Assembly: GCF_006345805.1 (NCBI RefSeq)
Contig: NC_043024.1
Coordinates: 3,162,001-3,226,000, forward strand
Origin: Octopus sinensis
Taxonomy: Eukaryota
DNA: 64,000 bases
Direction: 5' to 3'
The position numbers and the translations under genes were made by a program. Shown here piece after piece: positions 9,420 through 22,886 of this stretch. The notes under the pieces were generated by a model, which worked only from the letters and a program-made list of their open reading frames with translations, had not been told where the DNA came from and did not search any database. Position 1 is the stretch's first letter. Every line of letters starts with the position of its first letter.

Positions 9420-10780
9420 ATACATGTGTATATATATTCATACACAATACATCGTTTATTGTTATTCTTATTCCTATCATTGAGTCAATTGCTGTTGTAT
9501 ACCCGGTAAAGCGCTGCACAAAATATTTCTTAGCAGTTATCCAGTTACAGCTCTTTACCCTTATCGTTGCGAGTTCCAATCCCGCCTTGACTGACTTAAC
9601 TTTCATTCCAATCGTACATCAGGTTCCATAAGTACCTGCTCCTCTCCATGGTCCCAGGAATAGGTACTAGATCTGATTTAATGTACAAGTTCTGGTTGTA
9701 AGTATGGCCTATGTAATTTAAGATATCCACTTCGCAAATTTAAGAGTTTCTAGTTCAGTCGCATTTCGCGGCACTTTAGAAACGTGTCTTCTACTAGATT
9801 AACTAAAATCTTTTGAGTAAATTTTCGTCGACGGAATCTCTGACGAAGCCCATATAAAAGAGTACAGTATCTGTTTTATGGCTTGTTGTCTTTGAGTACC
9901 TTTGCTGGAGTCTACTCTGGGAAAGACTTCCGTCCGGACACGGGTAGTTTTATCCATTCTATGAAGCAGGCCGATCGCCAGACTTTGGTGCCTGGCGGGT
10001 ACTTCAGAATATTCTGGATGGGGAATAATTTATATTACGACAAAACTTTCGTAAACTATATTTTCTATATTTGAGGGTGCGTCGTTGAACAGTGAGGGGG
10101 CAGTGCCATTCAGTTCCCCACCTTAACGACAGGTTGTTGTTGTTGTCTGGCCATAGAACACGATCATGTTGATATTTAGCAAGATAAACAAGGTTTTATC
10201 CATAAATCCGTGGTTTTGCTTATATAATGCTTCATAGATGAATGCCATTAATTTTTTTCTGTGGTTGCAGTTGTTGGTGTTGCTAATCCCTAGATTATCC
10301 TTCATTTAGCAGGGCTATCATTTAAACATATTCCACCCGTGATCATCCTACCTTTTGTCAGTTACACTATGATGAAGACCAGATGTTATAGGGGTGGTGG
10401 TCATCGAGTAAATCGGTCCCGAAATCGGAGACTCGAGGGAGGGCCCGGCAGTATTTTGATAGAATTCTCTTGTGGACCTCAAAAATGAGATGACGCCTCA
10501 AAAAATGCTTAAAATAGAATCTTCGGAAACCCCTTTAATTTCGAGACCTCCATCTCCTTGCCCCCACACCGTCAGGGCTCGAAGGTAGTCTTGTTCCGCT
10601 TTATGGGATTTTTCCCAGAGACCCTCTACGATCACATTATCCAGCATGTCCTTCCATTGTTGTTGTTCAGACGGAGACTTGGCTGTTATCTTTAGCAAAT
10701 CGAACGACCACATAGAAGCACATTCGTTGAATCTATACGTTGTTGTTGATCTGCTCATTGTCATCTTTTAGCGAGTAAGT
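9420..10780 (-). mobile_element. Degenerate LINE ORF2 3' region, possibly L1/Tx1-like
   Basis: Broken minus-strand frames including ...RQQAIKQILYSFIW..., reminiscent of the post-RT region; many stops. Confidence 0.35.
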
Positions 10781-11039
10781 CTATGATCAGACATTCCAAC
10801 AGCGACTACCCCAACATTTTAGCGTGATTACACTATTCCTATAGTGAAATAGCCTGAGCGTGTGCCGCCCAGCGCACCCCTTCAGCTTCACTCACCGTTC
10901 TCTATACAGGCTCATACAGCAGACCCAAAAGTGCCGCCCAGAAACGACCACCTCCATATCCCCCACCTCACCGCACCCCAGTTATGCTACTGCATTCAAA
11001 ATGTCCTTTTTTTTTCTAAAGCTGTAAGGTATAGTTTTA

Positions 11040-11530
11040 AGGAAATTTAACTGCTATTTTTAGCAGATAGAATGCTCACTTTGAAGCTCCCACTTGTGCC
11101 AGTGTTAAATTGGATGTAATGCCCAGCTGCAGCTTGGCCTGGTTGTCCTCTTTCCAGTGTCCACTCTGTTGGAAAGTGGTGACAAATATTACTCCTCAGT
11201 ATAGTTACTACTTTCATCTCTTATTGAGATTTTTCTAATTACTCTGCTTGTTGTAAGATCAGTGACCGATGGTCACTTATTTTTCTACATATTGCAAGCT
11301 GAAGCTAATCCCTACTATTTCTAACAGTCGGGTGTTTATGACTGAAGATGGGCGCAAATAATCTGAAACCATTCGGTCTTGTGATCCTGTCATTTGGTGG
11401 AAGATAGTAGGGTTTTGGTCCCCTGCTTGCAATATATACAGGGTGCAGGTTGCACCAGTAACCAGCAGGTAGAGGCTCTGCTTGGGGTTAAACAATAGTA
11501 ACATCAAACGACCATATTGACATGGCAACA
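11040..11530 (-). mobile_element. Highly degenerate RTE-like RT fragment
   Basis: Faint K..LY..VI..T...W...KLQ pattern on the minus strand, with stops. Confidence 0.25.
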
Positions 11531-11549
11531 AACATCACTCCTCAGTATA

Positions 11550-11841
<292 letters not shown>

Positions 11842-11898
11842 ACATTATTGGTGAATTGAAGAAATGGAACTGAACGCAGATTGAACAGAATCGTTTTA

Positions 11899-11988
11899 TT
11901 TCATTCTACACGTGTTTCGAAAGGCACAAATTACCAAAATCAGATTGAATAATGGGACCATATTGTGTCTTTCTCTTCAGGAAGAAAA
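11899..11988 (-). ncRNA. Type I hammerhead ribozyme, canonical core (left arm)
   Basis: Inverted copy of 13922-14010. Confidence 0.8.
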
Positions 11989-12652
11989 TAGGAAATCCGT
12001 TGGAAAAACAAAAACAGAACAGAGGCGGAGCAAAAACAAATCGAACTATGTTCCTAAGAGCCCATGGCGAAACTGTTTATCAGTGTATGTTGAGAACCGG
12101 TGGCTGAAGAATTTAACGGGTCAGGCATCGGTCAATCATGTGGGTGAGGGTGTGTGGGTGTTCTTTGTGACCGAGAATAAAGTTCTGACTATTTAAGGAA
12201 TATTGGATGTTTTATAAGGGGCGAGAAAAAATCTACTTAGAGACGTGTGTGTGTGTATACTGTTCTATATATGTGTGTGTTGGCGTAGGGGTAGAAAACA
12301 ATTTTTGTGTACGTGTGTGCGTTTGATCGTTCGGCTGTCAGTGGCTACTGCCGCGAGAACCGTTGGGTGGCAGAAAAAAAATATATATTATGTTTTATGT
12401 GTGTGTGTGTTCATCTAAGCCTGCCTTGTCAAGGAAACCCCCCGCTGTGAAAAAACCAAGCCCCGTTTGTCTAACAGGAGTAATTCCCCTTGCAGTGGTT
12501 AATCGTAGATATCTTAAAGGCTATTTCAGAATTTGTTACCAAGGGCTATGGGTGCCGGTATTATTTATAAACGCTATTTAAAAGCCAGATAAGTGTAACG
12601 CCGCCAATGGGGGCATCGAAAAGCCGACTGTAAAAGCCCGTAATGAAATGAT

Positions 12653-13375
12653 ATGAGAGCCAGTACAGTGACACATAATCTCAGCTCCAGCCAGGGAGTA
12701 CCCACTAGGGGTATAGTTATAAATAGGGGTGTTGTGGTTGACGGTAACAATGGGAGTAGGGTAGAGAGCCCCAATAGCATCCCCAGCATCATTTCCCGCA
12801 ATAGCAGCACCACGGGCAGTAGCAATGACAGCACCCTGATAGATAGTGGAGAATCAGGGGTTATTCCTATAGTTAATAGTGACGTAGTGGAAAATAGAGT
12901 AGTAAGCGGCTGCAGGTCTCGGAACGAATATAGTGACAGGAACGCAGTTCTAATTTCAGAAACTAATCCTAGCAGAATAAGATTCACGTCGGCGAACTCC
13001 AAGATCAAAAACGCCGTCTACCAATGCAAGGTTTACACGGACTCAGATGTCTTCACTTATGTAGGGGCCTCATCCTCAAGATTGTCTTTGCGTGTCTCCA
13101 ACCATTACGCAACTTTTCGGGACATGAACAAGCGCCAGACCATGGGACTCAGTAAGCTAATATGGCGACTGAAGGATACGAACTTAAGATACAGGCTGGA
13201 ATGGTCAATTTTGTCGGTGGCCCTCCCATTTGATAGGGGCAGAAGGCAGTGCAACCTTTGTGTCTCCGAACTCTTCCATATTTTGTTTGCCAGAGGCCGG
13301 ATGGTAAACGGGCTTTTACAGTCGGCTTTTCGATGCCCCCATTGGCGGCGTTACACTTATCTGGCTTTTAAATAG
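12653..13375 (+). pseudogene. PLE GIY-YIG endonuclease C-terminal fragment
   Basis: NAVYQCKV..TYVGASS..LSLRVSNH..F..LSKLIWRLK..WSIL..CNLCVSE..CPH is a GIY-YIG of the PLE type with a C-terminal CxxC. Confidence 0.8.
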
Positions 13376-13921
13376 CGTTTATAAATAATACCGGCACCCA
13401 TAGCCCTTGGTAACAAATTCTGAAATAGCCTTTAAGATATCTACGATTAACCACTGCAAGGGGAATTACTCCTGTTAGACAAACGGGGCTTGGTTTTTTC
13501 ACAGCGGGGGGTTTCCTTGACAAGGCAGGCTTAGATGAACACACACACACATAAAACATAATATATATTTTTTTTTCTGCCACCCAACGGTTCTCGCGGC
13601 AGTAGCCACTGACAGCCGAACGATCAAACTCACACACGTACACAAAAATTGTTTTCTACCCCTACGCCAACACACACATATTTCTCGCCCCTTATAAAAC
13701 ATCCAATATTCCTTAAATAGTCAGAACTTTATTCTCGGTCACAAAGAACACCCACACACCCTCACCCACATGATTGACCGATGCCTGACCCGTTAAATTC
13801 TTCAGTCACCGGTTCTCAACATACACTGATAAACAGTTTCGCCATGGGCTCTTAGGAGCATAGTTCGATTTGTTTTTGCTCCGCCTCTGTTCTGTTTTTG
13901 TTTTTCCAACGGATTTCCTAT

Positions 13922-14010
13922 TTTCTTCCTGAAGAGAAAGACACAATATGGTCCCATTATTCAATCGGATTTTGGTAATTTGTGCCTTTCGAAACACGTG
14001 TAGAATGAAA
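13922..14010 (+). ncRNA. Type I hammerhead ribozyme, canonical core (right arm)
   Basis: Stem I TTTCTTC/GAATGAAA (one bulge), CTGAAGA 13929-13935, stem II GAAAGACACAA/TTGTGCCTTTC, GAAAC-ACGT-GTA with palindromic loop; predicted cleavage after 14002. Confidence 0.85.
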
Positions 14011-14234
14011 TAAAACGATTTCTGTTCAATCTGCGTTCAGCTCCATTTCTTCAATTCACCAATAATGTTTTAATTTCAATTATCCGCACCGACGCACGGT
14101 TGCAACACCATATGGTTGTACCTCCAACCGTGCTGTTTACTGCTGTGATTTTTGCTACTAAGGTATCGGTTAAACTTTTGATTAATCTACTACAAGATTA
14201 TTCATCTTTCTATTTCACATAATATATATTATAT

Positions 14235-14277
<43 letters not shown>

Positions 14278-14284
14278 TATATAT

Positions 14285-14450
14285 ATACGATGGGCTTCTT
14301 TCAGTTTCCGTCTACCAAATCCACTCACAAGGCTTGGTCGACCCAGGGCTATGGTAGAAGACACTTGCCCAAGGTGCCACGCAGTGGGAATGAACTCGGA
14401 ACCATGTGGTTGGTAAGCAAGCTACTTACCACACAGCCACTCCTGCAGCT
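14285..14450 (-). mobile_element. SINE family A head
   Basis: Matches the full copies at 29190 and 55478. Confidence 0.9.
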
Positions 14451-15144
14451 GTATAGTTACTATTTTCATTTTTTATAGAGATTTTTCTAACTAGCTACTT
14501 CACTTGTTGGATTATAAAAGCTTTTAACAGTGAAATAATTAAAAAATTAATAGACAGACGTAAAATTTATTTTATAGATTGCAAGTTAATGACTTCTCTG
14601 TGCCTGATGGGATCTAGCTAAGTTTTCTATGTCAGGCTGAGCAACTATGGAGGTTCTACACAGTTGCTTGGTCTGCTAGAAATAGCAGCACACCTCTCTC
14701 TAATTTTATTTTAATCACTATTACTAGTTATATCATGTATGATATAGGTACTAGAGGTACTAGAGGTAAAATTTAGTATGTTAATTATGTTATCTCACTC
14801 CTACCCCTCACTGCCCTTAAAGCCTAATGCCCCCTTCAACATGCACAGCAACCTCCTTTGGGGCAGTACCACCCATGATGAGAACCTCTGATGTAGGGTA
14901 TAGTAAAGTGGGGTGGTTTATATAGGGGTACAATGATGTAGGAAGTAACAGAGTTATAACATGAGATTATATTGAAGATATATAAGTGTGGATCAACAAC
15001 AGTAAAAAAACGATAAACATCACCCTTTTCAAGCCTAGCCAGGCACATGGGCCCAGTTTCTGTGGAGTATGTGTTCCCCCCCAGCTTGACGGGACAGCAG
15101 TCCATTGCAGCGTTACTCAAGAACAGGAAGAAAGAGTGAGAGAA

Positions 15145-15315
15145 AGTTGTGGCGAAAGAGTACAACAGGGGTCGCCACCACCCCCTGCCAGAGCCTCATG
15201 GAGCTTTAGGTGTTTTCACTCAATAAACACACACAACGCCTGGTCTGGGAATCGAAAGCTCGATCCTCCAACTGCAAGTCCGCTGCCCTAATCACTACAC
15301 TAGGCCATTGTGTCT
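15145..15315 (-). mobile_element. tRNA-Arg-like SINE head (family C)
   Basis: Inverse of 15774-15960. Confidence 0.8.
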
Positions 15316-15319
15316 CCAC

Positions 15320-16500
15320 ATCAACAACAGTATTGTCCCAAATGTCTGTGTAAGAGCATCACTGTCCCAGATTTGTTTGTGTACCAGCAGCACATCTGGG
15401 ACACTGTTTTTACACTGGTCCCATTTGTTTGTGGTTATAATGTAGTGCTGAAAGCTCAGAAAAATAGCAGTTGCGGGTGAAAGTCTCCCAGCATTGTTAT
15501 CTTCATTAGCAGCAAAAGTAACAGAGTTACAACAAGGGATTACATTGGAGATGTGTAAGTGTGTATCGGCAGCAGCATTGTCCCTGATGTCTTTCTGTCA
15601 CAACAGCACTCTTCCGAATGTCTTTGTAACAGCAACATTGTCCCTGATTTGTTTGTATAACAGCAGTACAGTTGGGTCACCACTGCTGTTTACACACACA
15701 GATATTCACTCTCTCTGATGGCTGTAGTTATAATATTATAGTGTTAAAAGCACTGAGAAACAACAGCAGAAGTGGAGGTGCAATGGCCCAGTGGTTAGGA
15801 CAGCAGACTCGCGGTCATAAGAACGCAGTTTCAATTCCCAGAGAGGGCATTGTGAGTGTTTATTGAGCAAAAACACCTAAGCTCCACGAGGTTCCAGCAG
15901 GGGGTAGTGGTGAACCCCGCTGTACTCTTTCACCACAACTTTCTCTCACTCTTTCTTCCTACTTCTGCCACAAAGCAGAGGGACCATAGTGTAACCCACT
16001 ATGGGTTGGTAAACTTTCAGACCCTAGTCTAGATTACGAATCCTCTGTACCCAAGGATGGTTCAGCTCTCCACCCGTTAAAAGCCACCGTTTACAGAATG
16101 AGGATAACAACGTAGCTTTCGTGCCCATGCAACCGCCAGTCTATCGCGTGTGGTGGGTGAATCTTCAAGTTGCCACACGCATTCTTAGTAGCTGGGAGTA
16201 GGATCGAATTAGAGATTATTCTTTGTGGCTAATGGCGTGAGTCCTGATTGGAAGAAGAAGAAGACAGCAGCAGGTGAAGGTCTCCCAGCATTGGTAGACC
16301 TAGATTTCTGCTGTTAGCTTCATCAGCAACAAAAGTAACTGAGAGAGATTACATTGGAAATATGTGTGTATCAACTGCAGCATTGTCCCTGATGTCTTTG
16401 TGTTGCAGCAGCACTGTCCCAGATTTGTTTGTGTAACAACAGCACATCTGGGACAGTTCTGCTCTTTACTCACACAGACTCTGAGTCTGTGGTTATAAAA
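15320..16500. repeat. Old diverged tandem repeat (CAGCATTGTCCC... units) interrupted by a SINE
   Basis: 15478-15720 resembles 16275-16500, with ~30-bp subunits. Confidence 0.7.
15774..16265 (+). mobile_element. Composite SINE: tRNA-Arg-like head plus ~300-bp tail ending in (GAA)n
   Basis: A-box GGCCCAGTGG, GACTCGCGGTC (TCG anticodon-like loop), B-box-like GTTTCAATTCC; second copy at ~21000-21605 on the minus strand. Confidence 0.85.
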
Positions 16501-16924
16501 TTAGCACAGTCCGTGGGTGTGCAACTGTAGCCTCATCGTAGCTTTAGGAGTGGCACTCGATTATGGACCCCCACCTGAACTTTATAAAAGATTGTTAGTT
16601 GGGCATGTTGGGGAGCTGAAGTATTTCTTAGCCCAGAAAAGAAAGACCAGTGTCTTTGATGTAGTTTTTACAATGTCAAAGATGTGTGCTGACCAAAAGA
16701 GGGATCCTCAATGACAACAAGGTCAGACATTTAAAGTAATCAAGAGGTCTCAAAGTTAAGTGCTGTTCATGTTTAAGGGTGCAATGTACAGTAATGTTTT
16801 CTACATATGAGTAGTTTGGTATTGTCATAGCTAGAACATTGATAATTGCATGTCTGTCTGGATAATAGGCGACCTAGGGCTAAACAGAGACAAAAACCAC
16901 TCATCAAAGACAAGTGCACACTAC

Positions 16925-17110
16925 TCTTTTACTCTTTTATTTGTTTCAGTCATTTGAGCATAGCCATGCTGGAGCACCGCCTTTAGTCGAGCAAATCGAC
17001 CCCAAGATTTGTTACTTTTAAGTAAGCCTAGTACTTATTCTATTGGTCTCTTTTGCTGAACCAGCATCGGTTGTCAAGCGATGTTGGGGGGACAAACACA
17101 GACACACAAA
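16925..17110 (-). mobile_element. SINE family A tail
   Basis: Family sequence match. Confidence 0.85.
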
Positions 17111-17131
17111 CATATACACACGCACACATGC

Positions 17132-17191
<60 letters not shown>

Positions 17192-17199
17192 TATATAGG

Positions 17200-17379
17200 G
17201 AGAGTTTATGAAAAAAAACAAGGACGAAGACAGGTGGTGTACAAAACAAACAGATATATTAGTATAACGCTCAGGAATAGGAAAAAGTCTTTTACGTTTT
17301 GAGCCTACGCTCTTCTACAGAAAGGGACACAGAATAAACAAGGAGAGAAAAAATGTGTGTAGTGGCTAACGATCTATCA

Positions 17380-17380
<1 letters not shown>
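17200..17380 (-). mobile_element. PLE pseudo-LTR-like fragment in (TA)n (same family as 33084-33295)
   Basis: Inverse homology to 33084-33295; decayed hammerhead-like motif at 17287-17325. Confidence 0.65.
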
Positions 17381-17427
<47 letters not shown>

Positions 17428-17435
<8 letters not shown>

Positions 17436-18045
17436 GCAAGATTTTTTTATGTGAAATTGTGTGTTGAAACAGATATTGTTATATTTCGGAATGGTCATTT
17501 TGCCAGTTTTGCCAATAAAAACACATGCACGATATATTTGGTGTTACTTTGCTTCAGTGCTATTTATTTTTTTTTTTACATTAATCTTAATCTTATTTCG
17601 GCCAGAGTTCTTTTGTCACACTCCTGTGACCGCATCAGTGGTCCTTTGCTTTCTTCTTTCTTATTTGTGTGTCTCTCCTTACTAACCGTCAGCCATTTTG
17701 TATTTCTATTGTATGTGTCTTCATTTGCACATGTGTACGTCTCTATGTGTGTCTATGTTTAGTTAGTGTGTGTGTGTGACGAAAGGACTCTGGCCGAAAT
17801 AAGACTAAGACCAATGCAAAAAACAAACAACACCGAAGCAAAGCAACACCAAATATACAGTGCATGTGCTTTCACTGGCCAAACCGGCAAAATGACCATC
17901 CCCAAATACACCAATATCTGTTTCAACACACGATTTCACATAAAAAATCTTGCACAACAAATATATATATATATTTGGGAATGGTCATTTTGCCGGTTTG
18001 GCCAGTGAAAGCACACACACTGTATATTTGGTGTTGCTTTGCTTA
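17428..18045. repeat. Inverted plus direct repeat cluster (PLE pLTR-like)
   Basis: 17428-17560 is inverted at 17825-17965 and partly repeated at 17974-18045; flanked by (TA)n. Confidence 0.75.
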
Positions 18046-18194
18046 CATACATACATGCATGTATGTATGTACACCAGCATCTGTTGTCAAGCGATGGTGG
18101 GGGGACAAACACAGAACGCAAACATATACACACACACACACACACAGATAAAAACATATATATAAATCAATAAATGGTGTTGTTGTGTTGACTG

Positions 18195-18690
18195 CATGTG
18201 AAAAAATGATAGGAGAGGAAAAATTATAAGGCAGAATGCTAAATTGAAAGTAAATTTTAATAAAAATGGGTGTATGGAAAATTAAAAAAGAAAAAAATAA
18301 TAAATCAAACCAGTTTTCATCACAAAGCAAATTATCAAGATTTGGAAGGGGAAAAGAAATTTTTTTTTTTTATCTTAATCCTCTGAAGAAATTTTTCCAA
18401 GGACTATTATTGAACTCTAAAAGCATAAAGACTCTACTGTGTATGGGTATACTTATTTCTTAATGTTTGTATGTATTTATTATTCGTTTTTTGAAAAAAA
18501 ACATTGTAAATTTCTTTTTTCTCCTTCCTCAATTTAAAAAAAAAAATTTCTTTTCCCCTTCCAAATCTTGATAATTTGCTTTGCAATGAAAACCGGTTTG
18601 ATTTATTATTTTTTCGTTTTTAATTTTCCATACACACATTTTTATTAAAATTTACATTCTGCCTTGTTATAATTTTTCCTCTCCTATATA
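18195..18690. repeat. Inverted repeat (~170-bp arms), PLE pLTR-like, with a hammerhead-like motif
   Basis: 18195-18370 versus 18530-18690. Confidence 0.75.
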
Positions 18691-19249
18691 TAAATATATA
18701 TATATATATATATAGTTTGTACATGTATTTGGTTTGCAGGATTCTTGATGTGAATTCATGTGTTGAAAGAAATACTATTGAATCTTGGGAGGAGCATCAT
18801 GCCGGTAATAATAAATTGCTTAACTGAGTAATTAACCCATTAATTAACAATAACAATAAAGGACGAAACTAGTGCATGTGTTTATTATTACCGGCATAGT
18901 GACCCTCCCAAGGATCAATAGTATATATATATATATACACACAATGGGCTTCTTTCAGTTTCCATCTACCAAATCCACTTATAAAGCTTTGGTCAGCCTG
19001 AGGCCATTGTAGAAGACACTTGCCCAAGGTGCCATGCAGTGGGACTGAACCCAGAACCATGTGATTGGGAAGCAAGCTAATTACTATACAGCCACACATG
19101 TGCCTATAAATCATCATCATCAACATCCTTTCAGTGTCCATTTTTATTTTTTCTATGGCCTTATTACAAGCTTCTTTCAGTTTTCTTCTATCAAATCCAC
19201 TCATACTCACCAGACTTTGGTTCAAAGTGGATTAAACCGCTCATATCCC

Positions 19250-19730
19250 ACCAAGGAGATAACAACATCAACATGGGTGAAGATCTTCTTTAGCCTGGGG
19301 CTGATGTTTCTCCTGTCCTTACCCACTGTCTTCAGTGCTTGACATTTTTATAGAGAACCCAGTCACTATTCAGTCCAAAATGGTTCATCCGTGAGATGTG
19401 ACAGCAAAGAAGAACACACCTTTATTCTCTGCATGCAATTAGACTTGGAAAGTTTTTGAGAAACCCACTGACCCAATTTGCTGACTTTTCCGATGACACA
19501 GGTATCGATGAGTGGTTGAATGACCAAATCCAAGCTTCTCTGCTAGTTCCTCAACAGTTACAAAGGTATTTTTTTCCACCAGGGTTCGCAAGACATCCTC
19601 ATCAAATTCTAGAGACCTTCCAGGATGAGACTTGTCTTCTAAGTTGTAGTTTCCAGCTCAGAATTTCTGGATCTACGGTTGACACTGGCTTACACTTATT
19701 ATCCGATCCCCATTTACTGCATTAATATTC
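19250..19730 (-). pseudogene. Mariner transposase fragment
   Basis: Frameshifted F*AGNYNLEDKSHPGR..DEDVLRTLVE..TVEELAEKL..HST..KLGQWV..L..RIKVCSSLL..EPF..VTG..LYKNVK. Confidence 0.85.
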
Positions 19731-19739
19731 TTTGCACTT

Positions 19740-20195
19740 TTGTATTTCTTTATTGCCCACAAGGGGCTAAACATAGAGGGGACTAACAAGGACAGACAAA
19801 TGGATTAAGTTGATTACACCAACCCCAGTGCACAACTGGTACTTAATTTATCGACCCCGAAAGGATGAAAGGCTAAGTCAACCTTGGCAGAATTTGAACT
19901 CAGAATGTAAAGACAGACGAAATACCTATTTCTTTACTACCCACAAGGGGCTAAACACAAAAAGGACATACAAGGACAGGCAAATGGATTAAGTCGATTA
20001 TATCGACCCCAGTGCATAACTGGTACTTTATTTATTGACCCCATAAGAATGAGAGGCAAAGTCGACCTCAGCAGAATTTGAACTCAGAACGTAGTGGCAG
20101 ACGAAATACCACTAAGCATTTCGCCCGGTGTGTTAACGTTTCTGCCAGCTTGCCATTAAGCATTTTGCCTGGTGTGCTAATGTTTCTGCCAGCTT
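19740..20195 (-). mobile_element. Two tandem copies of SINE family B
   Basis: GGCAAGCTGGCAGAAACGTTA...GAGTTCAAATTC...CCTTTCATCCTTTCGGGGTCGATAAATTAAGTACCAGT. Confidence 0.85.
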
Positions 20196-20456
20196 GCCTT
20201 GCATTTTTTGTTATGTTGTTGCTCTTTTTGAACTTATAAAGCAAAATACGCTGAATAGCTCCTTTGTCACTTCCATTATAGCTGTGAAAAAATATGTTAA
20301 AATTGAGCTGCGCTCATTAAAGCTTGCTCTAAGAATAAGGACAAGGTAAAAATTACTACCTGCCTCTGTAACAAGTTGATGCAGGTAGTTTATCCCATTC
20401 CAGCTTTTAGTTCATGCAATTAAAAAAAAACACATTAATCATGGGCTGACCCAATG

Positions 20457-20491
<35 letters not shown>

Positions 20492-20994
20492 TTGTCTCCC
20501 ACCACCACTTGGCACCCAGTGTTGGTGTGTTTACATCCTTGTAGCTTAGCAGTTCAGCAAAAGAAACCAATTGAATAAATTCCAGGCTTTAAAAGGAAAA
20601 AGTACTGGTATTGATTCCTTCGACTAAAAATTCTTCAAGGTGTACCCCAGCAGGGTTGCAGTCTAATGACTGAAACAAGTAAAAGATTAAAAAAATATGT
20701 GTGTGTGAATCAAATTGTAGTCTTCAATTGTAAAGACTTGCGTAGTAAATGTATGTATGCAGGTACATGTGCGTGTGAATGTCTTTGTGTTAGGGAAAAG
20801 TTAAAGCACAATAGTATGCCTGTTATAAGTACAACCATTTGACCAAGCTATAAAAACACAGACACACTGACACACACACTAACAACAAGATTCCTCCACA
20901 CAACTTTTATCTATCAAATATTCCATTCACAAAACTTTGGTCATAAATCCAGTAGAACTCCACCAAAAAAGGGTACTGCTCTTGCAGCTGCTGT

Positions 20995-21605
20995 CTTCTT
21001 CTTCTTCTTCTTCTTCTTCTTCTTCTTCTTCTTCTTCTTCTTCTTCTTCTTCTTCTTCTTCATCTTCTTCTTCTTCTTCTTCTTCTTTCTTCTCTTCTTC
21101 TTCTTCTTCTTCTTCTTCTTCTTCTTCTTCTAATCAGGATTCACGCCATTAGTCACAAAGAATAATCTCTAATTCGAGCCTACTCTAAGCTACTAAGAAT
21201 GCATGTGGCAACATGAAGATCCACCCACCACACGCAATAGACTGGTGGTTGCATGGGCACGAAAGCTATGTTGTTATTCTCATTCTGTAAACGGTGGCTT
21301 TTAACGGGTGGAGAGCTGAACCATCCTTGGGTACAGAGGATTCGTAATCTAGACTAGGGTCTGAAAGTTTACCACCCCATAGTGGGTTACACCAAGGTTC
21401 CTCTGCTTTGTGGCAGAAGTAGGAAGAAAGAGTGAGAGAAAGTTGTGGTGAAGGAGTACAGCGGAGTTCACCACTCCCCCTGCCGGAACCTCGTGGAGCT
21501 TAGGTGTTTTTGCTCAATAAATACTCACAATGCCCTCTCTGGGAATTGAAACTGCGTTCTTACGACTGCGAGTCCGCTGCCCTTACCACTGGGCCATTGT
21601 GCCTC
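20995..21605 (-). mobile_element. Composite SINE family C with an expanded (GAA)n tail
   Basis: Inverse of 15774-16265; the tail is the (TTC)n run at 20995-21130. Confidence 0.85.
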
Positions 21606-22886
21606 CTCTGCAGCTGCTGTTGCTACTGCTACTGCTGCTGCTGCTGTTAGCTGCCGTATAGTTGAATCTGACACAGAACCACATGGTTGTGGGGTCAGAC
21701 TGCTTAGTCACATGTAGCTGCACCTGCAAACCTCAAATTACATTATCCAAATATGAAGAATTGAATGCTGTGTGTATTCATATGTTTAGTGTCTATATGT
21801 GTGCATGTGTGTGTGAGTGAGTGTGGTTAACCAAAAGAATTATTACAATTTTGTTTTTTCAAAGTAAAATATGCATCATAACTCACCCCCCCTCCCCCAT
21901 CATAACACACCCATAATCTAAAATAACACTTTAAAGTAAAATGAAAGGAAAAATAAACAAGTCATATGAAAATACTCAATGAAGACAAAAACTTCAAAAC
22001 AGGCTACTTATAATTATAGTAACTTCATTCAGGTCACCCCCTCACCATTCTTTTCCTTCCTCCTCTCTCCTCCTATATTAAACATTTTGTGGAACATTCT
22101 AGAATACAATCAGCATTGTAGACTTTTTCTGTTTCAATATATTCATTTTCTTTCTCTGCTTATGTTCTCTAATTTTAGAACTTTTGTTGTCTGTGTAATG
22201 GCTGGTGGAGAGGTTAGTTTTTTTTTGATGTAACAACTGTTAATCACTCAATTATTTGAGTTTAGTTTTTCACTTCTATCAAGACATTAAATATGTCAGC
22301 ACTTAACCAGTTTTGGAGTTTGGATTTTGTTTTGCTTTTTTCATATTTTCTTTTACTAGTGACTGATGTCTTATTTAAACTGAGACATGGACAACCATTT
22401 TTTGGGAAACAAGTCACATGAGACAAGGCATATAGTCAGGTGGGCTGCTCTACTTAAAAAATTCAGGGTAATTTGTCTTTGGGTGTGCCATTCAGAAAGT
22501 TTTGTGCATCAGTTTTCCCATGGCTGGTTTAATCTCTGTTTATTGTGTAAACATCCTTTGGCAAAAAATGATGTGAGTTCAAATCCTGTTAAGATCAACT
22601 TTTTATCTTTGTGTTTCAGTCATTGGAATTTGGCCATGCTGGGGCCATACTTTGAACAAATTGATCTCAGTACTTATTTCTTTTAAGCTTGATTCTTATT
22701 CTACCAGTCTCTTATACTGAACTGCTAAGTACAGGGATGTACACTAACCAACACCAGCTGTCTAGCAGTGGTGGGAGATGAACACAGACACACAGATGTG
22801 TGTGTGTGTGTGTGTATAAATATATATGCATCATCAGGTTGGATCAAATTAACTTGTAAATACCACCTTTAGTTGGTCCTGAAGTA

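Noticed and set aside
15774-15850. tRNA gene
   Set aside because: The acceptor and T stems are degenerate and the sequence continues into a repeated SINE body; the same applies to all tRNA-like heads in the window.
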